A stretch of DNA of 64,000 nucleotides from Kiritimatiellia bacterium (lineage in GTDB: Bacteria > Verrucomicrobiota > Kiritimatiellia > RFP12 > UBA1067): contig JAWOEI010000081.1 in assembly GCA_046482825.1 (NCBI GenBank), forward strand, positions 13,588-77,587. The letters run 5' to 3'. Shown here in pieces: positions 1 through 11,854 of this stretch. The position numbers and the translations under genes were made by a program. Position 1 is the stretch's first letter; every line of letters starts with the position of its first letter. Below the pieces are notes generated by a model that worked only from the letters and a program-made list of their open reading frames with translations, did no database searches and was not told the DNA's origin.

Positions 1-492
1 ACAAAAGGAAAGGCCGCTAAAAAGCCGGTTGCCAGGCCCAAACCTCTTCTGATTGTGACTCCCATGCAGAAACCCGTTGAGATTGTAGCATCTTCCCGCA
101 AGAGAAAGTCAACAAAACGCCGTGCCAAATTCAGCAAGGCGTCTCTTGAAAAGTTTAAAAAAGAACTCCTGTTTATGCGTGAACACTTCACGGGACAGAC
201 CGATGCCATGAAACATGACGCGCTGCGGCGTGATGACGAAGTTAATCCTGAAGAGGATGGCACGGACGCATTCCTGAGGTTGCAGGCACTGAACCAGATG
301 AATGATCAGCAGCATGTTGTCATTGATATAGACAAAGCCATAGCGGCAATTGATGAGGGCACATACGGTGTATGTGAGATGTGCGGAAGCCTTATCAGCA
401 AACGTCGGTTAAAAGCACGGCCTTTTGCAAAATTCTGTGTCAGCTGCAAAGAAAAGATGGAAAGAGGTCCATATCACAAAAAAAAGCATTAA
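1..492 (+). CDS. DksA/TraR-family C4-type zinc-finger protein with a lysine-rich N-terminal tail. Probably 5'-partial, because the reading frame is open back to window position 1.
   Basis: C-terminal CxxC...CxxC motif (CEMCGS...CVSCK) and DksA-like coiled-coil region. The ATG at 55 has no Shine-Dalgarno sequence, and the in-frame upstream sequence TKGKAAKKPVARPKP has no stop. Confidence 0.6.
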   Translation, partial: TKGKAAKKPVARPKPLLIVTPMQKPVEIVASSRKRKSTKRRAKFSKASLEKFKKELLFMREHFTGQTDAMKHDALRRDDEVNPEEDGTDAFLRLQALNQMNDQQHVVIDIDKAIAAIDEGTYGVCEMCGSLISKRRLKARPFAKFCVSCKEKMERGPYHKKKH

Positions 493-501
493 GGGGTATT
501 C

Positions 502-999
502 ATGCGTGTCGCTCTTTATGCAGCGTTGATTATTTTTTTAGACCAGGCCACCAAATTTCTTGCTGTTGCAAAGTTGAAAAACCGGCACTCTATAGAAATT
601 ATTCCCGGCTTTTTCAATCTTTCCTATGTTGAAAATGCAGGGGCGGCCTGGGGAATTTTCTCAGGACACAGATACCCATTGCTTATTTTCGCTCTGATCT
701 CACTGATTTATATTATCCTGCAGCGGAAAAAGATTTTCGGTCATCTTAAATTTTCAACTGTTCTACCCGCACTTATCTGTGGCGGGATAGCGGGTAATAT
801 GATTGACCGCATAAGGCTTTCCCGTGTTATAGACTTTCTGGACTTTCACGCATTCGGAAAACATTTCCCGGCTTTCAATATTGCTGATTCCGCAATCTGC
901 ATAGGTGCGTTTTTATTCATACTGGCGGAATTCCTGTACAGCCGCCAGCATAAAAAGATTAACGCAGATTTGCACAATACGACAGATCATCACATTTGA
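502..999 (+). CDS. lspA: Lipoprotein signal peptidase (signal peptidase II).
   Basis: About 165 aa with four TM segments, the DQxTK motif and the conserved NxGAAWG/FNIAD motifs typical of LspA. Confidence 0.85.
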   Translation: MRVALYAALIIFLDQATKFLAVAKLKNRHSIEIIPGFFNLSYVENAGAAWGIFSGHRYPLLIFALISLIYIILQRKKIFGHLKFSTVLPALICGGIAGNMIDRIRLSRVIDFLDFHAFGKHFPAFNIADSAICIGAFLFILAEFLYSRQHKKINADLHNTTDHHI

Positions 1000-1111
1000 A
1001 CGTCAAACATTCAGCATTGAGCACAGGATTGCTGGCGGCACCTTGTGCATTTTTTGCAACAGACGCAATATGCCGCCCGCATAGCTGCTGCATTTAAGAT
1101 AAAGGTGAATC

Positions 1112-2044
1112 ATGCTTCATCACGCATGGATACTGACCGGAGCAACAGCCACCGGAAAAAGTTCTGTCTGTCAGTTTATTGCTGAACGGATGAACCTGAA
1201 GATTCTTTCGGCAGATTCCATGATGGTTTACAAGGGCATGGATATCGGCACTGCGAAACCTTCCGCTGCTGAACGCGGAAATGTTCCGTACTTCGGTATA
1301 GACATGGTCACTCCTGACAGAACATTCAGTACAGGCGCATGGCTGCGGGAGATTAAAACCGAGCTCCGTTACACTGAAACTTCTCCGGAGAAACCTCTCA
1401 TTGTGACAGGCGGAACAGGTCTGTACATCAAAGCACTGGTCAGCGGCATTGAATCCGAAGCTTCCGACCCGGAGGTCAGACGTCAAGGGGAGACAATTCT
1501 TGATGAAGGCGGCATTGAAGCGCTGCGCAGCGAGATCAGGAAGAGCCTTCCGGACTGCCCCCCTTCACTTATAGTCGGAAATAATCCGCGACGCCTTATA
1601 CGGACTCTTGAACAGATCAGAACATCAGGCAGTGTTCCCGACAATTGGAAGAACAATGAGGATCCTGTTATTATAACTCTGGGTATGGAGCGAAAACAGC
1701 TCTACGCACGTATTCTCCGACGGGTGGAAACCATGTTCCGGCAGGGACTGCTTGATGAAGTACGCAATCTCAGAAAACTCTACCCTGCATGGTCAGACAC
1801 TGCGCGGAAAGCCATAGGATATGAAGAAGCACTGGCGGTTCTGGACGGTGTGATAACACAGGATGAAGCAGTAGAACGCATATCACAGAGAACCCGCCGT
1901 CTGGCTAAACGTCAAGAAACCTGGTTCAGGCACCAGCATAAAACCGTCAGGCATAACATTGATGACGGAGATTGTATTGAAATCACAGCTGAAAAAGTGC
2001 TAAACTTATGGCAAAAGTATGGATCGATCAAAATCAACATCTGA
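1112..2044 (+). CDS. miaA: tRNA dimethylallyltransferase.
   Basis: P-loop GATATGKS at the N-terminus, 310 aa, MiaA-like conserved blocks (ADSMQVYKGMDIGTAKP). Confidence 0.85.
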   Translation: MLHHAWILTGATATGKSSVCQFIAERMNLKILSADSMMVYKGMDIGTAKPSAAERGNVPYFGIDMVTPDRTFSTGAWLREIKTELRYTETSPEKPLIVTGGTGLYIKALVSGIESEASDPEVRRQGETILDEGGIEALRSEIRKSLPDCPPSLIVGNNPRRLIRTLEQIRTSGSVPDNWKNNEDPVIITLGMERKQLYARILRRVETMFRQGLLDEVRNLRKLYPAWSDTARKAIGYEEALAVLDGVITQDEAVERISQRTRRLAKRQETWFRHQHKTVRHNIDDGDCIEITAEKVLNLWQKYGSIKINI

Positions 2045-2105
2045 TGATATATGGAGCACGCGTGAAGCCCCGGAAAGAAGTCCTATAAAGGATCTTCACT
2101 GTTCA

Positions 2106-2792
2106 ATGAAGCCGAGGGAAGAGCTGGATCGTATCGGGCGTAAGAACCTCTCTGACGCGTCTCTGATTGCTATTCTTCTGCGTTCCGGAACACATGGAAA
2201 GAATGTTATTGATCTTGCCCGGCATATCCTGGCGGAATTCAACGGTTTGGAACATCTTGCCAAAGCAGACCATAACGAGCTGATTCAGCACAGGATACGG
2301 GGACTGGGGAAAGTCAAGGCGATGGAGCTTTCCGCGGCCATGGAACTGGGTCTGCGCATTGCCGAAAGAACAAAGAAGAACCTGATCGCTGTCCAAATCA
2401 CTTGTCCGCAGGATGCCTACAAAGTAATGGAGCCCTTCGCGGCTGATCTATGTCAGGAGAACTTCTGGGTTCTGTTGCTCGACACAAGAAACAAGCTGAT
2501 ACGTGAACCCGTTGAAGTATCCATGGGGCTCATAGACTCCACTCCTGTTCACCCGCGTGAAGTATTCACCGAAGCCATACGCTACCGGGCGAAGTCGCTT
2601 ATTCTGGTGCACAACCATCCTTCCGGTGATCCATCCCCTTCATCTCAGGACATAAAGATCACTCAGCGTATGATTGATGCCGCCAGGCTGCTGGATATTC
2701 CGGTCAGGGATCACATCATAGTAGGCAGAACCTATTGCGTACCGCCTTCGTTCTGCTCGATAAGGGAACAGGGCCTGATAAATTTTGATTGA
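2106..2792 (+). CDS. radC: RadC-family JAB/MPN-domain protein (UPF0758).
   Basis: HNHPSGDPSPS JAMM-like motif and an N-terminal helix-hairpin-helix region. The start was chosen at the internal Met (MKPREEL); the longer ORF from 2019 would overlap miaA. Confidence 0.75.
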   Translation: MKPREELDRIGRKNLSDASLIAILLRSGTHGKNVIDLARHILAEFNGLEHLAKADHNELIQHRIRGLGKVKAMELSAAMELGLRIAERTKKNLIAVQITCPQDAYKVMEPFAADLCQENFWVLLLDTRNKLIREPVEVSMGLIDSTPVHPREVFTEAIRYRAKSLILVHNHPSGDPSPSSQDIKITQRMIDAARLLDIPVRDHIIVGRTYCVPPSFCSIREQGLINFD

Positions 2793-2989
2793 TTTTTCCG
2801 GCAGTATTACAGAATTCACCGGATCATATTGCTTTGCAGATCCTTAAACTTCATTGAACACAGATTTTATATAAAATGCATAGTGTAAAGGGCGGCGAAA
2901 TCTTTTACGTCCTTGTGCATAACATGTCGCGCCACAGTTCAATTTGTGAACGGAGGCGTATGCGCCATACAACAAACAAGGAAGGTTAA

Positions 2990-4042
2990 ATGAAATTAAC
3001 GGAGATACTCCCCGCTTTGCGCGGGATTCTGGCGGACAGCGACACACTGCCCCGACTGATTGAAACGGAACCAACCGGCAATGAGCCGGTTATACGCATA
3101 ACACCGGGGTGTGAAGACATTGTTAAAGAGATAAAAGAACAGTTTTCCGAAAAAGGTAATTCGGCAACCATAGAAGGCGTGGGAACCTACACAGCTGTTT
3201 TTTCGGATGAATCCGGTGGACGGGCCGCAGGCAAGGTTGCCGTGGTTACCGGCGCGGCTCAGGGTTTCGGTTACAAGATAGCCATGTCGCTAGCTGTTGA
3301 AGGTGCCTGGGTGGCGCTGGCTGACATCAACGAAGAGGGTGTTAAAAAAGCTGCGGAACAGATCAACAGCGAAACCGGAAATAAGAGTGCCATAGGAGTG
3401 AAAGTAAACGTTGCGGATACTGAATCACTGAAAACCGCGATAGAAAAAATTGTCGGATATTTCGGAGGGATTGATCTTCTGGTGGCCAACGCGGGAGTAC
3501 TTAGAGCTGGCAGTGTGAAAACACTGAGCGATAAAGATCTTTCTTTTGTGACAGATGTGAATTATAAAGGGTATTTTCTGTCTGTACAGGCAGTTGCTCC
3601 TGTCATGACACTGCAGAACAGAGCTGCGCCGAAAAACTGGGCTGACATCATTCAGATCAACAGCAAATCCGGACTTGTCGGATCAAATAAGAACGGGGCC
3701 TATGCGGGGTCCAAGTTCGGCGGCATAGGATTAACGCAGAGTTTTGCAATGGAGCTGGTGGAAGACGGCATCAAAGTGAACTCTGTCTGCCCGGGCAATT
3801 TTTATGACGGACCGTTATGGGCAGATCCTGAGAAAGGCCTTTTCAGACAATATCTGGACAGTGGCAAAGTGCCGGGAGCAAAGACATTTGAGGATGTCAA
3901 AAACTTTTATGAGAGCAAGGTTCCCATGCGCAGGGGATGCACAAGCTCTGATGTTATGAAAGCTGTTTTCTACCTTATGGAGCAGTCCTATGAAACCGGA
4001 CAGGCAGTACCCGTAACCGGAGGGCAGGTAATGCTTTCGTAA
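2990..4042 (+). CDS. Short-chain dehydrogenase/reductase of the sorbitol-6-phosphate dehydrogenase (SrlD) type, with an ~85-aa N-terminal extension.
   Basis: TGAAQGFG Rossmann motif, YxxxK catalytic region (YAGSKFGG) and an SrlD-like C-terminus (NSVCPGNF...). A good Shine-Dalgarno sequence (aaggaagg) lies before the ATG at 2990. Confidence 0.7.
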   Translation: MKLTEILPALRGILADSDTLPRLIETEPTGNEPVIRITPGCEDIVKEIKEQFSEKGNSATIEGVGTYTAVFSDESGGRAAGKVAVVTGAAQGFGYKIAMSLAVEGAWVALADINEEGVKKAAEQINSETGNKSAIGVKVNVADTESLKTAIEKIVGYFGGIDLLVANAGVLRAGSVKTLSDKDLSFVTDVNYKGYFLSVQAVAPVMTLQNRAAPKNWADIIQINSKSGLVGSNKNGAYAGSKFGGIGLTQSFAMELVEDGIKVNSVCPGNFYDGPLWADPEKGLFRQYLDSGKVPGAKTFEDVKNFYESKVPMRRGCTSSDVMKAVFYLMEQSYETGQAVPVTGGQVMLS

Positions 4043-4077
4043 AGCAGACGGCATCAGCTACCGCACGTTCCCGTCTT

Positions 4078-4097
4078 CGCCCCGCAAAAACGGGGCG
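4078..4097. terminator. GC-rich hairpin (cgccccg-caaaaa-cggggcg) between the convergent SDR and gyrB genes. Possibly a terminator-like structure, but it has no U-tract.
   Basis: Perfect 7-bp GC stem read directly from the sequence. No flanking T-run is present on either strand. Confidence 0.3.
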
Positions 4098-4186
4098 ACG
4101 GCGGATACTCTCAACAACCAATTCGGCAGGAGGGGTCACCTGCTCTGCAGCTGCGCAGGTTGACAGGCGTCTGAAAGCTGCTTCAG

Positions 4187-6673
<2,487 letters not shown>

Positions 6674-7088
6674 CTATAAAGATTTACGTTAGGTTCAGTG
6701 TATCAGATAGGTCCTGCTTTCACAAGGCAAAAGCAAGATTTAAGAGGGTTCAAAACATACGGATTCTAAAGCCTTGCTCTTTCTTCGGCGAAATGCGCAG
6801 ATCGTGTAACGGTCCGCGGGAATATGCGCACAAAGATACAGTCCCGCTATCTCGCTACAACTAAGTTAAAGAGCCATGCTGTCACATTAGTTAAAAGTGA
6901 TGTGAGCCATATTTACCCAATCACAGCCTTGATAGCGCTACTGATATAAAGCGAATAAGTTGTTAAACTTCTTATACTTATGTGAATTGTTATCGTTATT
7001 TTATTACATTGGCATATTGAATGCGGTAGTTAGGTCAGGATCAGGATTAAACCATTATGGCTTTATTCAAGAGAAAGGAAGAACAACC

Positions 7089-7487
7089 ATGAAATACTAT
7101 TCCACAGTTGATAAAGATGCGTTAGATCTGATGGACAGCCTGTTCAATAACTGGGGGCATCCCGGAGGAGGAGACTACACGGATTTCGGTGCCTTCCCGC
7201 GTTACAAAGCCAGGCGTACTGACGAAGGGCTGGAAGCGGCTTTTGAGCTACCCGGTGTTGAACCGGACAAGGCCAACATATCAGTTGAGTCTGATCTTCT
7301 CAAGGTCAGCGGAGAGCGGCATGAATTCGGAAAAGAGGATGCGGTCAAGTTTGAGAGAACTTTGCGGGTTCCTGATGATCTTGACGTTGCAGGAATTAAA
7401 GCCAATCTCAAAAACGGATTGCTCAGTGTAAAGATTCCCAAAGTCAAAAAAGAAGAGCCCAAACAGATTGCCATCAAGGTGGAGTAA
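7089..7487 (+). CDS. Small heat-shock protein of the Hsp20/alpha-crystallin family.
   Basis: Alpha-crystallin domain (AFELPGV...LLKVSGER...GLLSVKIPK). A Shine-Dalgarno sequence (aggaag) precedes the ATG at 7089; the longer ORF from 6960 has no such support. Confidence 0.8.
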   Translation: MKYYSTVDKDALDLMDSLFNNWGHPGGGDYTDFGAFPRYKARRTDEGLEAAFELPGVEPDKANISVESDLLKVSGERHEFGKEDAVKFERTLRVPDDLDVAGIKANLKNGLLSVKIPKVKKEEPKQIAIKVE

Positions 7488-7493
7488 AAGTGA

Positions 7494-7520
7494 AAAGCCG
7501 GTGTTGATACACCGGCTTTT
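7494..7520. terminator. Bidirectional rho-independent terminator between convergent hsp20 and the MMPL transporter.
   Basis: aaaagccggtg-ttgata-caccggctttt: a 10-bp stem flanked by an A-run upstream and a T-run downstream. Confidence 0.7.
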
Positions 7521-7581
7521 CGTTATGTTCAGGGCATTCAGTATCTTTCCCGGAAATCGGCGTCGGCATGTCTGTGTTTTT

Positions 7582-10125
7582 TCACGAGGATTCCTCAAGT
7601 CCTGAAGGCTGCACAGATTTTTCCGGTCCGAAAGGCTGAAACATGATAATCAGTTTCGGCAGGAGAGTAAGGGCACCTACCAGGGCAACCACCATGGCGA
7701 CACTGCTGAGAACACCGAAGAGAATACTGGGAATAAAGTTCGAAAAAACAAGCAGCATATATCCGGACACGATTGTAAACGACGTGTAGAACATAGCGCT
7801 GCCGACTCCGTTATGAGCTGCGCGCATGGATTTATGATAATTACCGCATTCCCGGAACTCCTCACGAAAACGATGTATATAGTGTATGGTATCGTCCACA
7901 GCAATGCCTATACTTATCGATGCGATAGTAATGGTCATAATGTCCAGTGGAATACCTGCTGCACCCAACAGCCCGAGAACCGTAAGAGCGGAAATCAGAT
8001 TAGGGAAAAGAGCAATCAGGGCCAGTTTGAACGAACGGAAAAGAATCAGAAACATAAAGAGCAGAACCAGAAAAACAATACCGAGTGTGAGTATCTGCGA
8101 ACGGAAGAGGCTCTGCAGGACACTGTTATAGAGCACCATGGTGCCGTTGACAACGATAGAGCCGGGCGGAAGATCAAGCCCCTCGTTCAGCTCCTTTTCA
8201 ATCCTTTTCAGAAATGAATCACGGCGCAGTTCGGGCATAGAGTCATAAACCCGGGCGCTGACACGAAACTGGTTGTCCTCTATACTGACAAAAGGAGTGA
8301 CGAGAAGATCACGCGCATACTCCGGCAGTTTTTCCGCCATGATCGCCAAATCAAAAGCATCCAGCGGAACACCGTCGTTCAGCGTATCAGTTATTCTCAG
8401 CAGAGTGGTCAGCGACCAGACCTTGCCGATCTCGGGCTGCTTTTCGAGTATGGAGTGGGCCTTGCGCACAACTTCGAGTTTAGCTGGCGTGTACCAGTAG
8501 GCTGAAGAAGAACCGGCATCCTCGAACTCATCGAACTCATCGAATTCATCAGAGGCGGCATCTGCGGTTTCCGACGTTTCACCGGGAATATCCCCCTCCT
8601 GTTCAGAGGAGATTTCATTCAGGCTGACAGTAACATCCAGCGGCACGGTTCCGCCAAGTTTTTTATCTAGAAAAACCATTCCGCGATAAATATCCGTACT
8701 TTTTTTGAAATAGTTGACAAAGCTGTTCTCAACAGTCAGACGCTGAATGCCGAAAAAGATAAACACTATCAGCAGGCAAGTTCCGGCAATTATCCAGGCG
8801 CCTTTTTTCTCTGTGATTGCGGCGGCTGAATCAATAACCGACTGCCCGACAACAGGGATGGAACCATCCTGCTCCTTTTTAAAAAGCATCAGCAGCGAAG
8901 GAAAAATTATAAATGAAACCGTAATGGAAACAACCAGAGCCAGACTCATCATGAGGCCGAAATCCCTGACAGGTTTTATGTCGCACAATATCAACGAACT
9001 GAAACCGGCTATGGTTGTAAGTGTAGTATACAGAGAAGGCCGCCACTTACGCGCAACAGTAGTTTGAAGCAGCTCACCGGCATTCATCTCTTTATGCCTG
9101 CTGAGGAGTTCCCTGTACTGCACCACAAGGTGAATAACCAGCGACATATTCATTATCAGCAACAGGGATATGAAATTGGAGGAAATAACCGTTACCGGGC
9201 ATTTGAGAAACCCCAGCAGGCCTGTCATCACCACTGTGGAATAAGCGCAGCATATAACAGCTGCGAGGACCCAGCGTTTACGCCTGAAAAACCAGGTCAG
9301 AATCACCGTGATACACACAAAAATAGCAACGCCGAAAACCTTTAAGTCATGACGTATAAAGCTGAGCATATCATCGGATACCATCAACTCCCCGCCTATA
9401 CGTATATCACCGTATTTTCTGAACGGCTTAACTGTTTTGCGGAGATCAATCAGCAATCTTTCAACTTTTCTGTTGAATTGTTTCTGCAATCGACGCAGCT
9501 CAGGGGTCAGGGCTTCAAAAGCGGCACGGTTTTTCCCAACTTCCTCACCACGGTCAACAGCTATCTGGCAGGCATTGCGTTTATCCCGGATTTCCTTCAG
9601 TTCTTTATCCGGTTCAACATACAGCGCTATCAGCGCTGTCCTGCCATCGGAACTGATCAGCTGTTTTTCATAGGCCTCGCTGGCCATCAGCTCTTCTTGC
9701 GCGAGATCAATATCAACATCAGGGTCATCCAGGGTTTTCACATTTTCCACAATCCTGGAGACAGGCACAGGCGGATTGCGGAAGAGAGGAACGTCGAGAA
9801 GAGTGACAACACTGCTGACTCCCTTCAGCTTATTCAGCTCGCCGCGCATGGAGCGCAGCCTGTCAAGACCGTTTGTGGTGAAAAGCTCCCCGTCGTCAGG
9901 GGTGAAGGTCACAGCCAGCAGAGAATCACCTGAACCGTAACGCTCATGTATCCTGCGGAACTCTCTCAGTTCAGGATCATTCTGCAGCATAAGTGAATCG
10001 CTGGAGGCATCAAGAAAAAAGTGCTGCGATTGAACAAGAAAGAAGGCTCCTATCAGGAGCATAACGAAGAGTGTTTTTCTTGGGGCGGCGATAACCGCTT
10101 TCCTGTAAAAATTCAAAAACATCAC
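7582..10125 (-). CDS. RND-superfamily exporter of the MMPL/HpnN-like family, with 12 TM segments and two periplasmic domains.
   Basis: 847 aa with two 6-TM bundles carrying SSD-like motifs. Its start overlaps the mlaC stop (ATGA). It carries a periplasmic acidic insert, DEFDEFDEFEDAGS. Confidence 0.8.
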   Translation of the reverse strand: MMFLNFYRKAVIAAPRKTLFVMLLIGAFFLVQSQHFFLDASSDSLMLQNDPELREFRRIHERYGSGDSLLAVTFTPDDGELFTTNGLDRLRSMRGELNKLKGVSSVVTLLDVPLFRNPPVPVSRIVENVKTLDDPDVDIDLAQEELMASEAYEKQLISSDGRTALIALYVEPDKELKEIRDKRNACQIAVDRGEEVGKNRAAFEALTPELRRLQKQFNRKVERLLIDLRKTVKPFRKYGDIRIGGELMVSDDMLSFIRHDLKVFGVAIFVCITVILTWFFRRKRWVLAAVICCAYSTVVMTGLLGFLKCPVTVISSNFISLLLIMNMSLVIHLVVQYRELLSRHKEMNAGELLQTTVARKWRPSLYTTLTTIAGFSSLILCDIKPVRDFGLMMSLALVVSITVSFIIFPSLLMLFKKEQDGSIPVVGQSVIDSAAAITEKKGAWIIAGTCLLIVFIFFGIQRLTVENSFVNYFKKSTDIYRGMVFLDKKLGGTVPLDVTVSLNEISSEQEGDIPGETSETADAASDEFDEFDEFEDAGSSSAYWYTPAKLEVVRKAHSILEKQPEIGKVWSLTTLLRITDTLNDGVPLDAFDLAIMAEKLPEYARDLLVTPFVSIEDNQFRVSARVYDSMPELRRDSFLKRIEKELNEGLDLPPGSIVVNGTMVLYNSVLQSLFRSQILTLGIVFLVLLFMFLILFRSFKLALIALFPNLISALTVLGLLGAAGIPLDIMTITIASISIGIAVDDTIHYIHRFREEFRECGNYHKSMRAAHNGVGSAMFYTSFTIVSGYMLLVFSNFIPSILFGVLSSVAMVVALVGALTLLPKLIIMFQPFGPEKSVQPSGLEESS

Positions 10126-10733
10126 TTCACCACTTCGGCTTCAAACTTTGCGCTGTCGTCCCGCAGTTCAGAGAGAAGATCAGCGGGAGATTTTGTTTTT
10201 AAGAAATCGGTGAACTGAGACCGATAAGACGCTATAAGGCTAATTCCCTCGACCTCCAGATCATATATACGCCATTCGCCTTTACGCAGTGCGAACTTAT
10301 AGTTCACCTTGAATCCTTCACTGGAATTGCTCATAACAGTTTTCAGTATGCGTTTACTCTTTCCGGTCTTCACATTCTCTTTATAATCAACGGAAACACG
10401 TGAAACGTCAACCTGTTTGAGCTTATTGTAATAGCTGCGCGTCATTATTTTCAGAAAAGCTGAAACAAATTCCTTTCGCTGTTCAGGACTGAAAGATATC
10501 CAGCCTTTTTTTCCAAGCGCAAGCATAGCCATCAGTTCTGTATGACATTTTTCAGTCAGTAGTTTGTCAAAGGAATCCAGTTTCTGCTCATCGGAACTTT
10601 CCTTGTTTTTCAGGATAGCGATTCCCTGATCTATAGTTAGGCTTAAAATTTTCCGTGTTTCTCGTTGCTCACCAGCACGGCAAAAGACCGTTCCCAGCAA
10701 AACAGCGGCTGTAATAAAACTGAGTGTTTTCAT
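10122..10733 (-). CDS. mlaC: MlaC/Ttg2D-family periplasmic phospholipid-binding protein.
   Basis: Signal peptide followed by the Ttg2/MlaC fold signature, with a length (~200 aa) typical of toluene-tolerance Ttg2D proteins. Confidence 0.7.
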   Translation of the reverse strand: MKTLSFITAAVLLGTVFCRAGEQRETRKILSLTIDQGIAILKNKESSDEQKLDSFDKLLTEKCHTELMAMLALGKKGWISFSPEQRKEFVSAFLKIMTRSYYNKLKQVDVSRVSVDYKENVKTGKSKRILKTVMSNSSEGFKVNYKFALRKGEWRIYDLEVEGISLIASYRSQFTDFLKTKSPADLLSELRDDSAKFEAEVVK

Positions 10734-10805
10734 TTTACGGGTCCTCCTCTCAAGTTATTTTTCTGAAAAAGCGGGATTCACCCGCACCTTAATAAGTCTT
10801 TTCGC

Positions 10806-10829
10806 ACTCTGCCGCATCCGCGGCAGAGT
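10806..10829. other. Stable stem-loop (actctgccgc-atcc-gcggcagagt) in the mlaA-mlaC intergenic region.
   Basis: Perfect 10-bp inverted repeat. No U-tract follows, so it could be an intra-operon attenuator or an RNA processing site. Confidence 0.35.
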
Positions 10830-10916
10830 CTCACCCCGCACAATCAGCTGAATGACTGCGGAATGAACTTTACGGTCGATGTAAATTGGCACACAAAACG
10901 TTTCTTCAATACCAAA

Positions 10917-11645
10917 TCACTCCTTGATTTTTTCGGCCCTGTTCTGCTCATAGGCATCCTGCATAAAGCGGTAAACATCCAGTTTCTCTTTCTTGATATC
11001 CTCATAGAATCCGATATGTAAAGATGTATAATTAACTCTGTCACTGGCACGTATGGCCAGTCTGGTTCCCAATGAATCAACATACATCACAGGATCGAGA
11101 AAAAGGTCCGGGATTAATCCGACTGAATCGCGCAGATTTGAAGGCCCGAACAGCGGCAGGTGAACCGCCATCCACGGGCCCGCACCATAATGTGCCATTG
11201 TCTGGCCGAAATCCTCATCGCGGGCTTCCCAGCCGTAATTATTTTCAGCTAGATTGACAAATCCCAGACAACCGGCAGTGGTATTAAAAGTGAAATTTCT
11301 CAGTTCCTCAGCCGCACCCCGAAACTTCAACTGCAAAAGATTATTAACCAGACGTTGCGGAAAGCCCAGATTGTTAAAAAAATTATGAATGGATTGCCGC
11401 ACCGGTTTAGGAGTTACAGTTCTGAACCCTAAGGCAACGGGCTTCAGAGCATAGAAATAGAGTTTGTCATTCAGCCAGAAGACCCCCCGGTTCACCGGTT
11501 CAACAGGATCAGGCACCTGCGTTATGTCAACCTGTCTCTGAATTTCCTCCTCGAAATCATCAAACTCATCGAACTCAAAGTCATCCTGCGCCCGCAGAGG
11601 GTTTAACAGCATCAGGCAGGTCAGTAAAATGGCGGAGATTTTCAT
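10917..11645 (-). CDS. mlaA: MlaA/VacJ-family outer-membrane lipid-trafficking protein.
   Basis: Conserved VacJ blocks (FGQTMAHYGAGPWMAVHLPLFGPSNLRDSVG) and a signal peptide. The mature N-terminus starts with the acidic stretch DDFEFDEFDDFEEE. Confidence 0.8.
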   Translation of the reverse strand: MKISAILLTCLMLLNPLRAQDDFEFDEFDDFEEEIQRQVDITQVPDPVEPVNRGVFWLNDKLYFYALKPVALGFRTVTPKPVRQSIHNFFNNLGFPQRLVNNLLQLKFRGAAEELRNFTFNTTAGCLGFVNLAENNYGWEARDEDFGQTMAHYGAGPWMAVHLPLFGPSNLRDSVGLIPDLFLDPVMYVDSLGTRLAIRASDRVNYTSLHIGFYEDIKKEKLDVYRFMQDAYEQNRAEKIKE

Positions 11646-11854
11646 AATTCCCCCGTTGCTTAATGACGGCTCACCTCCGTCGTTATCAGTTTCTCACTAA
11701 AATTCTGATAATACACCAGTTGTTCAGGAGTTTACTATATTGCGGACAATGATACAAAGCGAATAAAGCAGACTCCCGGGACTCATCTGTCAGTTTAAGA
11801 ACACAGCAGGCGTTCCGTCCGTCCGGATGCCGGGCAATTCAAGCTTGAAGAAGG

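Noticed and set aside
2019-2105. The longer radC ORF that would overlap the miaA 3' end by 26 nt.
   Set aside because: The internal Met (MKPREEL) gives a RadC-typical length and avoids the overlap. The extension has no conserved features.
7020-7060. The 'ggtcagga' motif, reminiscent of SRP RNA domain IV, upstream of hsp20.
   Set aside because: No surrounding helix or conserved GNRA loop context was found, so it is likely coincidental within the hsp20 5' UTR.
9349-9933. 194-aa plus-strand ORF antisense to the MMPL transporter.
   Set aside because: It is an antisense artefact; MMPL family features are continuous on the minus strand.
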